Below the pieces are notes generated by a model that saw only the letters and a program-made list of their open reading frames with translations, made no database searches and was not told the origin of the DNA. The translations under genes and the position numbers were made by a program. A stretch of 63,841 nucleotides of DNA, filler included, from Stramenopiles sp. TOSAG23-3 (taxonomy: Eukaryota): assembly GCA_900128585.1 (NCBI GenBank). It is 13 parts of 13 records of this genome, joined end to end, with 100 filler letters (N's around TTAATTAATTAA, not from the genome) between each part and the next. Parts side by side here need not be neighbours in the genome. Positions count along the whole stretch, not along the records: positions 1 to 6,497 come from LT643305.1; positions 6,598 to 13,087 come from LT643306.1; 11 more parts are not named here. One strand, given 5' to 3'. Positions 1-9,600 of this stretch are shown here, one piece after another. Positions within the stretch are counted from its first letter, which is position 1; each line of letters opens with the position of its first letter.

Positions 1-424
1 AAAGGCCGTGCCCGAAGTTTTCGGAGAGCCGCTTGATCTCGTTCTTGGTGCCGTAGAACTCCTCGAGGGCAATGAGGCGACCGAAGGATTCTGGGAGCCC
101 CAAAAGCTCGTTCCTGGAGACGTCGAGGATCCTGAGTTTGGAGAGGTCCCCGAACGTTTCGGGGAGTTCTTCCAGCTGGCAATTTTGTAGTCTTAGAATC
201 TGAAGGTTCTTCATGGACCCTATCGACCCGGGGAGCGTCGTCAACAGGTTGTGGGCGAGCTGGACCTCTACGATCTCGTCGAGTCGGGAGAGCAGGGTCG
301 GGACGTTCCGCAGGCTCCTGTGCCGCAAGTCGAGGGTCCGGTTCCCATTCCTGATCGCCTTGACAATGTCATCGTACGCAAAGTCTTGGCGAACCCCATC
401 GATCGTCCGTATGACCGCTCCCAT
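1..424 (-). CDS. Leucine-rich repeat protein (typical/SHOC2-like LRR), 3'-partial
   Basis: Manual translation from ATG 424 (absent from ORF track because it runs off the edge): MGAVIRTIDG...LDLRHRSLRNVPTLLSRLDEIVEVQLAHNLLTTLPGSIGSMKNLQILRLQNCQLEELPETFGDLSKLRILDVSRNELLGLPESFGRL; 23-aa LxxLxLxxNxLxxLP repeats. Confidence 0.9.
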   Translation of the reverse strand, partial: MGAVIRTIDGVRQDFAYDDIVKAIRNGNRTLDLRHRSLRNVPTLLSRLDEIVEVQLAHNLLTTLPGSIGSMKNLQILRLQNCQLEELPETFGDLSKLRILDVSRNELLGLPESFGRLIALEEFYGTKNEIKRLSENFGHGL

Positions 425-1199
425 GAAGACGGTGGTGGCGAAGGATGGGGGTGATGTTGTTGGTGGTGGTAGGAGTACTACGTTTTCAATCGAATGGAAG
501 AACCCATTCGTTAATGTGTTGATTATAGACCGACTAGTTCTGTTTCTATTAGGTTTCTAATGTGTTTCTTATGTCAATTTCTGTTTCTCTTTCTTTTAAT
601 TTTATTACATGTGTAATGATCTTTTGTGTATGAAATGACTAAAACCTCTTTTATCCTTTTTTGATTTCTTTTTTTATTCATTCATTCACTCAAATCACTC
701 AAATCAAAAAAGAAGAAAAATTAAACAAAAACTTCATATAATTATTATATAGGATAAATAATGTATTAGTATACGATATATCTACTACTAGTACTAACAT
801 AACGGTTTTTATAATTAATTACATAGAAATAGCATAGAAATAGAAAAGAAAGAAAGAAAGAAAGAAAGAAAGAAGAAGCTTTTCTCTTCTTTCTTCTATT
901 TTTACGATACGTTGGATTTTATAATATTTAACATAGAAATAACAAAGAGAAAGAATCAAAAGAAGAAAGAAAAGAATAATAATCAAAAGAAAGAAAGTGA
1001 GTTGGAATGTAATGAAACAAATCCAATTTCAATGCCAACTCCAATTCCAATCCAAATGCAATCGAAAGAACAACAACATAAAACAAAAACACATCTATCA
1101 TCATTCACATAGATATATAAAGCATTCAAGAAAGAAACAAAAGTAAAAAAAGAAAACGAAGAATAGGAGTGAATTCAATATCAATTCCACCCTTACTCC

Positions 1200-1970
1200 A
1201 TGATCCCTCCTACCACCATTGCCCCACGATCATGCCATCTCCTCTACTCATCGTTCGTGCTCTTCAATGCCATCCTCCTGCTTCACGATAATACAGTAAG
1301 TGCGATTGGGGAGGAAGGGACGTTGACGGGGAACACGTACCACGTGAGGGGGCGGGTCGTTCTTAGGGAAGACGCCACCATGCGGCCCGCGGACATCCTT
1401 CAGCAATGCTTTTACGGGATGGGGTTGACGGGCTGCAAGCACCAAGGGGACTACCCAAGGCTCCCGCCCTACCCGTTCCACTGGGAAAGCCGGTTCGTCC
1501 AGGGCAGCGTCTACTGCATCGAGTGCTGCGACAACAACCGCTTAGACTACGCCTTCGAGGAAACGTGGAGCCTTCGCTGCGACCTCTCCGACGGGGACAA
1601 GAAAGAGATAGAAAAGCAAGAGATCTACGATTTAGAGTTTAGGTTTGCGAGGAGGGACACCGTCGAGGACGAGACCATCGTTTCCTGCCAGATACCCCAC
1701 CAGAACATTGCCGACAGTGCGCTCACCGGGTACCATTTGAAGATATGGGTCACCGAAAAGTCCGACGGGCTCGTCTACTACCGTGGCGTAGAAAAGTGCG
1801 AAGTCACCACCACGGAGGACGAGGGCCCGACGGCAAAGGAGGACCGGACCATATTCTGGGAGAACATTACCCTGATCAACTACGACGCCGGCGCGGCCCT
1901 CGTCGTCCAGTGGAAGGCATGGTTTGCGGTGGTCGTTCTTGCTTCCCTCGGTCAGTTTATTGGGTTGTAG
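1200..1970 (+). CDS. Secreted, probably GPI-anchored Cys-containing protein of unknown function (256 aa)
   Basis: GC-rich ORF in AT-rich flanks; hydrophobic N-terminus (LLYSSFVLFNAILLL), several Cys, small-residue site followed by hydrophobic C-terminal tail (DAGAALVVQWKAWFAVVVLASLGQFIGL). Confidence 0.75.
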   Translation: MIPPTTIAPRSCHLLYSSFVLFNAILLLHDNTVSAIGEEGTLTGNTYHVRGRVVLREDATMRPADILQQCFYGMGLTGCKHQGDYPRLPPYPFHWESRFVQGSVYCIECCDNNRLDYAFEETWSLRCDLSDGDKKEIEKQEIYDLEFRFARRDTVEDETIVSCQIPHQNIADSALTGYHLKIWVTEKSDGLVYYRGVEKCEVTTTEDEGPTAKEDRTIFWENITLINYDAGAALVVQWKAWFAVVVLASLGQFIGL

Positions 1971-2291
1971 AGGCGGGCGGGGTCGGGAGGAAGGAAGGAA
2001 GAAAGGCAGGAGTGGGATGGCACTAAAATTATACGAGAAGAGGGGTTTAAACATAGACGCGGGCTAGGGGGTTGTGCCGTCCCAGGACGGGGAGAGAAGG
2101 GGGCGGAGAGGAGATTCAGATAAGATACCAAAAAATAAGATGAATGGTTTTTCAAATATTATACAATGGCTATTTAAAAACAAATTAACTAATTCAGTTG
2201 TTGGGGGCTCAACTAAAAAAATACGAAGACGCTGACGCTGCTGCAAATAAAATTTGAAATCTGAAAAATATACTTTTAACTCTATTTGTTT

Positions 2292-2318
2292 AAAAACAAG
2301 AAAATTGGCTGTTATTTA
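2292..2318 (+). repeat. 3'-intergenic element A, copy 1
   Basis: AAAAACAAGAAAATTGGCTGTTATTTA between convergent genes; flanked by direct repeat CTATTTGTTTAAAA. Confidence 0.85.
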
Positions 2319-2435
2319 CCTATTTGTTTAAAACTCTAAATTCTACGTTCTACGTAGAACTCTCTTTTCCCATCCCCCTCTCTACCTCTATAAATATTAT
2401 ATCTCTAAATTTTAACCTCGCCGCTTCTCTCGTCT

Positions 2436-3878
2436 CTACAGCTGCCCGTTGGACGTCGGCTGGAGCAACGTTTGCTCTAGGAAATCGTTGACAAAAGTAC
2501 GCCGGGGGTCGTTGATCAGGACAAACTCTTGGAACTCCCGCAGCCGCTCGGCGCCGTACTTTTCCTCCAAATCCTTCCCAGAGGCCAGGAAGACTTTCCC
2601 GAAATGGGGCACCGCATTGTACGTTCCCATCAGGATCTGTTCCACGTCCTTCAGCACCGCGGCCACCTTCGCCGGGTCCTTCTTCCACGTAAAATGGAAC
2701 CCCATCGTCGACCCGAGCAGCCCCTGGGGCGACATCGTGAAATGGTCCGAGCCGATAAACCGCAGCTCCGAGACCAAGAGGACGTCCGCGATGCGCGGCG
2801 ACCCCGACGCGTACTTGAACATATCGTGCAGCGCGCCTAGGTACCGGGCGATCGGTACAAAGTACTCGGACTGAAGCTCGTCCCCTTTGCTCGGGGTCGC
2901 CCCCATCAAAAAGTGGGGGAGCTCGACGTACGATGGCCCGTGCCCCGGGGGGCCGCTGCACGAGGCCTCCGCGTCCAACCCCGGCAGCGGGTGGACCTTC
3001 ACCGTGCTCGCGGGCTGGTCGAACAGGGTCGGGCACTCGAACGAATCGTCCACCTCGTCGGTCCCTTTTCGGCCCTTTGACAATTTGTACTTTGCCCAGA
3101 AACTCGTAAGCATCTCCTTCCCGATGCTCGACGTCGACCAGGTCGTAAAGATGCTGAACGAGTACGCCGTCGACACGGCCCGTTCGAAATCGTTGCGGAG
3201 AAGGACCTCCGAGGGAAGGTCCGTGTAAATGCACTGCTGGATGTCGAACGCCGGGGAGATGTCCAGCTCGATCTCCACGACCACGCCCACCAGGCCGAAC
3301 GACACCACCGCGTGGTTGAACTCTGGCATTCCCCGAAAGAACTCTTTCGTCGTCCCGTCCGATCGGACGACCTTGACGCGCGTCACCTGAGAGGCGAGGT
3401 TCCCGCTGAACTGGCCAGACCCGTGCGTCCCCGTCATGATCGCCCCCCCGACGGTCACGTGCGGCAACGACGCCATGTTGTACACCGCCATGTTGCGCTC
3501 CCGCAAGTACACCCCCAGGTCCCCGTACGTGATCCCGGGCTGCACCACGACACGCTCCCCTCGGCAGCACTTCAACACGCTGTTCAAGTTCTCCGTCGAA
3601 ATGTACGCCCCTTCGTCGTACGGGACGGACGGAGAAATGCGCGTTATGTTGTTGAACGAGTGCTTCGTCCCGACCACCCGGACCTTTCGGTACTGGGCCA
3701 AGATCGAGACCACTTCGTCGACGGTGGAAGGGTTGAATATTTTGTGCTCGTACGCGACGGTGCCTGCCCAGTTCTGGGGGTGAGGCCCGTTCCCGCCCAA
3801 AGCAGCGCACGCCGCGTGGTGGACCAAAAGAAGGAGCAGCGCCCCGACGCTCTGGCGGGGAATGGTCCCAACGCGCAT
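2436..3878 (-). CDS. FAD-linked alditol/xylitol oxidase-like protein (VAO/ALO family) with signal peptide
   Basis: NWAG start of the catalytic domain, VVGTKHSFN (covalent-FAD His), NMASLPHVTVGGAIMTGTHGSG, ELQSEYFVP, HFTWK, PHFGK; N-terminal ALLLLLVHHAACA. Confidence 0.85.
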   Translation of the reverse strand: MRVGTIPRQSVGALLLLLVHHAACAALGGNGPHPQNWAGTVAYEHKIFNPSTVDEVVSILAQYRKVRVVGTKHSFNNITRISPSVPYDEGAYISTENLNSVLKCCRGERVVVQPGITYGDLGVYLRERNMAVYNMASLPHVTVGGAIMTGTHGSGQFSGNLASQVTRVKVVRSDGTTKEFFRGMPEFNHAVVSFGLVGVVVEIELDISPAFDIQQCIYTDLPSEVLLRNDFERAVSTAYSFSIFTTWSTSSIGKEMLTSFWAKYKLSKGRKGTDEVDDSFECPTLFDQPASTVKVHPLPGLDAEASCSGPPGHGPSYVELPHFLMGATPSKGDELQSEYFVPIARYLGALHDMFKYASGSPRIADVLLVSELRFIGSDHFTMSPQGLLGSTMGFHFTWKKDPAKVAAVLKDVEQILMGTYNAVPHFGKVFLASGKDLEEKYGAERLREFQEFVLINDPRRTFVNDFLEQTLLQPTSNGQL

Positions 3879-4252
3879 GGTGAGAATATCCGTTGGGTTT
3901 CTATGTGATGGATGCGCTGAGGAGATGATGGTCTAAGATGGTCGGTGGTGGGGATGATGATGTATGTGCGAAGAGGGTGTGTGGATATGGTGTTGGATTC
4001 TGATGTTTTCAATTGGATTGATTTAAAGATGGGTTTGGTATATATATATTATTATCATAATTTTGTATTTTTTTTTGTATAATAAAATATTATTATTATT
4101 TTTTATTATTATTGTTATATAATAGTCTTCTAGTTAGTAGTTATTATATTATATTATTATTCTCTATTATTATTATATTATTAGACGACGACACGACGAC
4201 TAACTAATGAAGAAGAAGAAAGGAATTGAAATTAAAATAAGAAAAAAGTTAA

Positions 4253-5878
4253 TTAAATGTATAAGTTATCCGGATTCTTTCCTTTTGCCTTCCAATCTCT
4301 TTTGAACACTTCTTTTAATTCAGATGAGATATTGGGGTTAGAAGACAACAAAAGTTCATTCAATGATGGCAACGAACCATTATTAACTAACTCAAGAAGA
4401 GATTGACAACCAACATTACCAATCTTATTACGATTCAAATTAAGATATTCCAACGATATCTCTGGTAGAACCCTACTACACAGGATAGCAATGGAATCAT
4501 CTCCTATATTGTTGGCAAACAAATTAAGCTCCTTCAAGTTTGTCATTGTTCTTAAGGCCGGAGCGATTGTTCGGCAGCCTTCATCTTCAATATTGTTGTC
4601 ACCCAAACCAAACCCCTCCAAGTTTGTCATTGTTCTTAAGGCCGGAGCGATTGTTCGGCAGCCTTCATCGGTGATCGATTTGCCACGAAGATTCAACCCT
4701 CCCGTGAACCCCTCGCCTTGCTTCATCTCGTCCGCCGCTTTCTTCCCCACGACCCTTTCCACGGCGTCCCAATCAATTCTTTCGCCAACACTTGGAAATC
4801 TTTCGACGACGGGTTCATCGCTTCGCGACGCGCAGTACTCGGCAATGGATTCGCCTTCAATACTGTCGTGCAACCGTTTGATTTCGTTTTTGCATTCTGT
4901 AATGGTCGGGCGAGTAGTGGGGTCGATGTTCCAGCATTTGTGCAAACAATCGTTCTGGAAAAGGACAGAGTTGCTTAAAAGCTCTGGCCGTTCCTGTCCA
5001 ATTTGTTTGCGAAGGATCACACTCTCAGAATGTCTGCTACCTGGGATCTGTGACCACGGGTGCTTTTTGGTCCACACAAAGTTCAATATCCCGCCAAATG
5101 CGTATATGTCTGTGCGCTGATTTTCCTTCTCCTCCTTCTCCCCAGGTAAGGATAGCTCCGGAGCCCTGTATCGTATATTTATCTGGCCATTGCGAGAGCT
5201 TGTGATACTCCCGTCCGTTCCTTCTGTCGATCGCGCCAAGCCAAAATCGACAATTTTTATTGTGTGACGCTCATCATTTTTTACCATAATATTATTAGGA
5301 TATAGGTCTCCATGAACTATGCTGGGCGAGATTGCGCAATGTAGGTATTCCAAACCTTTCGCAATTTCATCAGCCATACGAAGTTTCTCTCTTTCTGTTA
5401 GAACGATATCCGGATCCCCGATGTACTCGCGCAGTGGTCGTCCAGGAATGTACTCCATCACAAGGAAAGGAGTCTTGGGGTCGGAGGAGAGACCATGGAA
5501 ATAGCACAGGTTATCGTGTGATACTCGATGCATTGCCTTCGCTTCTTTCTTCAGATTATTCCATATTTTTTGCAAATTTTGCGTGCCTATATTTCTCGTT
5601 AGCAACACTTTCACCGCAACCGTCTTATTCCCAGAAAACGAGTTGTCTTTACTTTTTAGAACATCCCCAAAGGCGCCGCCGCCAAGTCTTACCTGAGGGT
5701 CATCGTAGATTATTTTGCTCGGGTGGATCGTTGGAAATCTGCTTTGTACTAAACGCTGTGCAGGTGCAGACATGCTGCTCCCGGAGGAATTGGACTGGAA
5801 GTTTAAAACATTTCCGCTTCCTCTCGACCGTTTTGCACCCGGGCCAGCGTCTCCTTGGCTCCCTCTTTTTCGTGACAT
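4253..5878 (-). CDS. TKL-like protein kinase with C-terminal ribonuclease-inhibitor-type LRRs
   Basis: GGGAFGDV, VAVK, HGDLYPNN, DFG, YRAPE, DIYAFG; then 28-aa LRRs (LNLFANNIGDD); first ATG at 5878. Confidence 0.9.
   Translation of the reverse strand: MSRKRGSQGDAGPGAKRSRGSGNVLNFQSNSSGSSMSAPAQRLVQSRFPTIHPSKIIYDDPQVRLGGGAFGDVLKSKDNSFSGNKTVAVKVLLTRNIGTQNLQKIWNNLKKEAKAMHRVSHDNLCYFHGLSSDPKTPFLVMEYIPGRPLREYIGDPDIVLTEREKLRMADEIAKGLEYLHCAISPSIVHGDLYPNNIMVKNDERHTIKIVDFGLARSTEGTDGSITSSRNGQINIRYRAPELSLPGEKEEKENQRTDIYAFGGILNFVWTKKHPWSQIPGSRHSESVILRKQIGQERPELLSNSVLFQNDCLHKCWNIDPTTRPTITECKNEIKRLHDSIEGESIAEYCASRSDEPVVERFPSVGERIDWDAVERVVGKKAADEMKQGEGFTGGLNLRGKSITDEGCRTIAPALRTMTNLEGFGLGDNNIEDEGCRTIAPALRTMTNLKELNLFANNIGDDSIAILCSRVLPEISLEYLNLNRNKIGNVGCQSLLELVNNGSLPSLNELLLSSNPNISSELKEVFKRDWKAKGKNPDNLYI
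4535..4669. repeat. Intragenic tandem duplication (84-nt period, 51 bp identical) encoding one LRR unit
   Basis: CAAGTTTGTCATTGTTCTTAAGGCCGGAGCGATTGTTCGGCAGCCTTCATC at 4535-4585 and 4619-4669. Confidence 0.95.
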
Positions 5879-6312
5879 CCAATTCAACCAATTCATTGAA
5901 AACCAATCTGAGAATTAGAAATACGTTTGGCTTTCGAGCTGTTGAATATTTTCCCTGCCTTGCGTCGTTGCCTAAGATTACATCCTGGGTGAGTTTTCTC
6001 TTTGTTTTACTGACAATAACTCTGACCTTGCGGGACTCTGGACGGACTGCTAGAAGTAATAATGCAAAATTAAAATTATTATTATTATTAATATAATATA
6101 ATAATAATAAAATAATTTTATTTTTTAATAATATAGAAAGAGGTGCTCTATGGTCTGTCCCTGTATTATATGACGAGCTCTTCTTCTTCTTCTTGGCCTG
6201 ACCTTTTCTCTTTCCTCTTTCTAAATGTACACTACTTATTAAATACAAAACAAATTATTGTTAACAATATCACATGATAATTTTCATATCACTACTTCAG
6301 CGTTCTACCTTC

Positions 6313-6497
6313 TCACCTCCCCCGCCTGCCCTTCGCCTTCGCACTCTTCTTCCCGCTCTTGTACTTGTTGTCTTGGTCGTGCTTTAGGTCCGGGTCGAGG
6401 GCGTTCCGGGCGCCCAGGATCACCCTGGACAGGGCCTCGGTCCCACCGATCATCGGTTCCAAGATCGCGACGGGGACGGCGCGCACGACGCTGCGCA
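6313..6497 (-). CDS. ATG2: Autophagy protein ATG2, C-terminal end (5'-partial)
   Basis: Manual translation RSVVRAVPVAILEPMIGGTEALSRVILGARNALDPDLKHDQDNKYK...stop matches the ATG2 C-terminal motif (AvPvA..PmIGaTEAvS..LlG.RN.lDP...KYK). Confidence 0.85.
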
Positions 6498-6597
6498 NNN
6501 NNNNNNNNNNNNNNNNNNNNNNNNNNNNNNNNNNNNNNNNNTTAATTAATTAANNNNNNNNNNNNNNNNNNNNNNNNNNNNNNNNNNNNNNNNNNNN
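6498..6597. other. Artificial contig spacer N44-TTAATTAATTAA-N44 (first of 12)
   Basis: Same spacer at 13088-13187, 19674-19773, 26254-26353, 32834-32933, 39411-39510, 45987-46086, 52559-52658, 59127-59226, 60306-60405, 61485-61584, 62664-62763; the core gives stops in all six frames. Confidence 0.99.
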
Positions 6598-6676
6598 CAA
6601 TAAACTTGTCGTAGAGCGAGAACAGGCCCGCAGCGACATCAACAACTTAAAAGATGAGCTTCACAACATGGAAATC
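6598..6676. repeat. 79-bp sequence repeated in inverted orientation at the other end of the same contig (13009-13087)
   Basis: 13009-13087 is the exact reverse complement of 6598-6676. Confidence 0.97.
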
Positions 6677-9600
6677 GAATCGAGCAAAACAAAACATCGC
6701 CTCGAAACTGAAAAAACGACCTTGGGGATGCATCTCCACGGTCAGCTGGAGGCAAAAGAGGTCCATGCAAAGCGGCAAACGCAGTTGATCGAACAGTTGC
6801 AAACGGAAATTGCCGACAAAGACGACCATTCGAAAAGCCTTGCCCAGCTAACATCAGAAAGAATGGAAAGGGAGAGAAAGAGGCAGGAGGACCTGCAAAA
6901 ACATACAGAGGATCAGAAAAAGTTGAATCGCGAAAAACTTCAAGAATTTAAAAGAATCCACGAAGAAGAGAAACTGTCCTTGATTCGTAAGCATGAAGAG
7001 GTCACCCAAGAGATTCATGACGAGCATCGTAAGGCCCGAGAGGCGCTGAAAGAAGAGAACCAAAGGTTGGTCGAAGGGAAGGAGGTAGCGTATGCAAAGA
7101 ACCTTGCACTGGTAAAAGGTGAAATTGAGAAAAACAAAACGCATGCTAAAGAATTGGTAGAAACATATTCCGCAAACGCAAGTAGCAGAGAGAAGGAGAT
7201 CATTGAGCGGCTGAATGCAAACTTTAATGTTGAACGTGAAGGCTTTGAAAAGCAGCTGGGTGATGCGTCGCACAGGTACGAGGAGCTGGACAAAGAGCTA
7301 GGGTTTGCAAAATTAGAACTAAGGAAGACTTCCAAATCACTGGACGAAAGCGAGGCTGGGAAGTTCGAAACCCAGCAAGCACTAGCACGAATGGAAGTGC
7401 AAAAGCATGGCTTGGAAGAAGAACTAAACCAACGAGAAAAAGATATTGAAAACTTAAGGCGGTCGATCGAACAACTAAAGCAAAAATTCACGGTTGAGAT
7501 TGAAAAAATGTGTCGCGAGCATGAAGTTTTCGTAAAAGAAGAAAGCAAGGAAGGGAAACGAATGCTCGACGAGCAAAGAATTTCGTTTTCAAAAGCAATA
7601 GCGGAAAACCAAGATACAATTGCTGGTCTGACAGAAGACAAAGTTCTACTCGAGCAAGACCATGCTAACGCGAAGGGTAAAATAGAGGAGATGAAGTTGG
7701 TCAAAACAAAACTAGCTGCCCAGCTGGAGGCATTGCACGATACTGCAGGAGAAAATTCTTCAACAATTTCTAAACTGAGAGCTGAGCTGAGTGTTTTAGG
7801 GAAAGAATTGGACGAGGAACGGCTTAAGGTCGAAGGATTCAAAAGCAAGTTTTTTGGTGAAATAGAGGACCTAAAGAATGCAAAACGATGCCAAGAAGTT
7901 TTGCTGCAGACCCAAAAATCGGACCATGAGAAAGCCACAGAAGCAAAGGACCGAGAGCTAACAAAAAAGCTGAACGATGCGATTGCCGAGCACAAAACTG
8001 TAGAAAATGCCGTCATACTTCAACTTGAAGAATTTAAGCACAGCCACAAATTAGAAATGGAAAAAGCGCAAGCAAAACTCGCTGTTTTAGAAGATGAGAT
8101 GGAGAAAAAGGTCATCGCTGCAAAACAGTTGCACGATAAACTAGATTCAAATTTCAAGGAGCAGCTGACGAGCAACAAGCAGCATCATAAGGACGAGATT
8201 GAAGGAGTACAAAAGGGGCTAAATGCAGAGATATTTCAACTGAAAGAAACGATTGAAAAATTAAAGAGCAAGCACTCCTCTGAAGGCATGATGGCGAGAT
8301 CAAAAATGGAGAAAGACATTCATAGTATTAAAATAGAGTATCAGGAAAGAATCGATCAGCACGAGAAGCTGTTCAAAGACGAGCTGAACGGTCTTGAAAC
8401 GAAATACAAAGGTGACTTGAAAATTCTGCATGAGAAACTCTCTGCATCCCAAGCAAGAAGCCGGCAACTTATTCGAAAAGGTGCAGATGCACAAAGTGAG
8501 CACACAGAAAAGCTGGAAGAATTGGAAGCCGAGAGAGAGAAACAGCGCGTGATTTCCAACGATGAGCTGAAGAAAGTGAAGAGAGAAATGGAAAACTGCC
8601 ACTCTAAACTGAAGTTAACATCCGAACGTGTTGTGAAACTAAGCAACGAGCTGGAGCAAATGCAGCAAACTGCATCTGAAGAGTCGGTGGAGAAAAATAC
8701 AAAAATCCACGAACTATCGGACGAGGTCCGTTCACTAAATAACAAACTGAATGTGGTCAAGTCAAAATACCTTGAAAGCAAAGCTGTGCAGGAAAACTTG
8801 AGCGACACTGTCGCCGAGCAATCGATCACGATCGACAAACTCAACAAAGAAAAGGCTGGCCTTCAAAGAAACTTTGAAACGAAAGCGACCCAGCTGCGGG
8901 AGCGGGAGAAGTCCACCCGCCAGCAGTACTTGCACCTTCAAAAAGATTCGGAGAAATTGTACAAGACCAAGCAAGAATCTTACGAAAAGCTAGAAGATCG
9001 CTTGAACAACTTGAAAGTCGCGCACACAGCCAACAAGGTGCGGTTGAAGGAGAAACTGAACAAGGAAGTCGAATTGTCGAAGGAAGTTAATCACTTGAAC
9101 AAGGAAGTGGCTTCTCTACGGGGGAAAATGGAAACCCTTGAGCGCACTGCAGAAGAAAAAGACGTTAAAATTTCATCGTTGATGCTGAAAAACAATCAAT
9201 TGGAAATTGAATCAAAAAACACCATTAACTCTACCAGTGCGATTCTAGAAGAGTCCCAGATCAAAGCCCAGAGTGCTATGAGCGAGTACAATGAAAGGGA
9301 GAAAGCACTGACGGAATCCCTACAACAAAAACTTTCAGAACGTACTCAAGAAACGGGAGAACGGCTGAAGAAAGTGGAAGAAGAGCACAAGAGAATGATG
9401 CAAGAACATATTGAGGGGCATCGGAACCACATCGAAACCCTGAAATTAAAATTCGAATCGACCGTAAAAGGCTTGGGGGCAAAACACGAAGAGGAAGCCA
9501 GCGCAAACGGTCAAAAACTTTCTGCTTTGCAGTCGCAACTGCAAAAAGAGGAAGAAAGCAATGATAAGCTGCGAGAAGAGTCTAGGGCATCTCGGAAGAT

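Noticed and set aside
2350-3810. 486-aa same-strand alternative-frame ORF over the oxidase
   Set aside because: Arg/Gly/Val-rich shadow expected from GC-rich third positions; no recognisable domain.
6542-6553. Regularly spaced TTAATTAATTAA as a biological repeat or CRISPR
   Set aside because: Always centred in N runs and gives stops in six frames: a synthetic contig linker.
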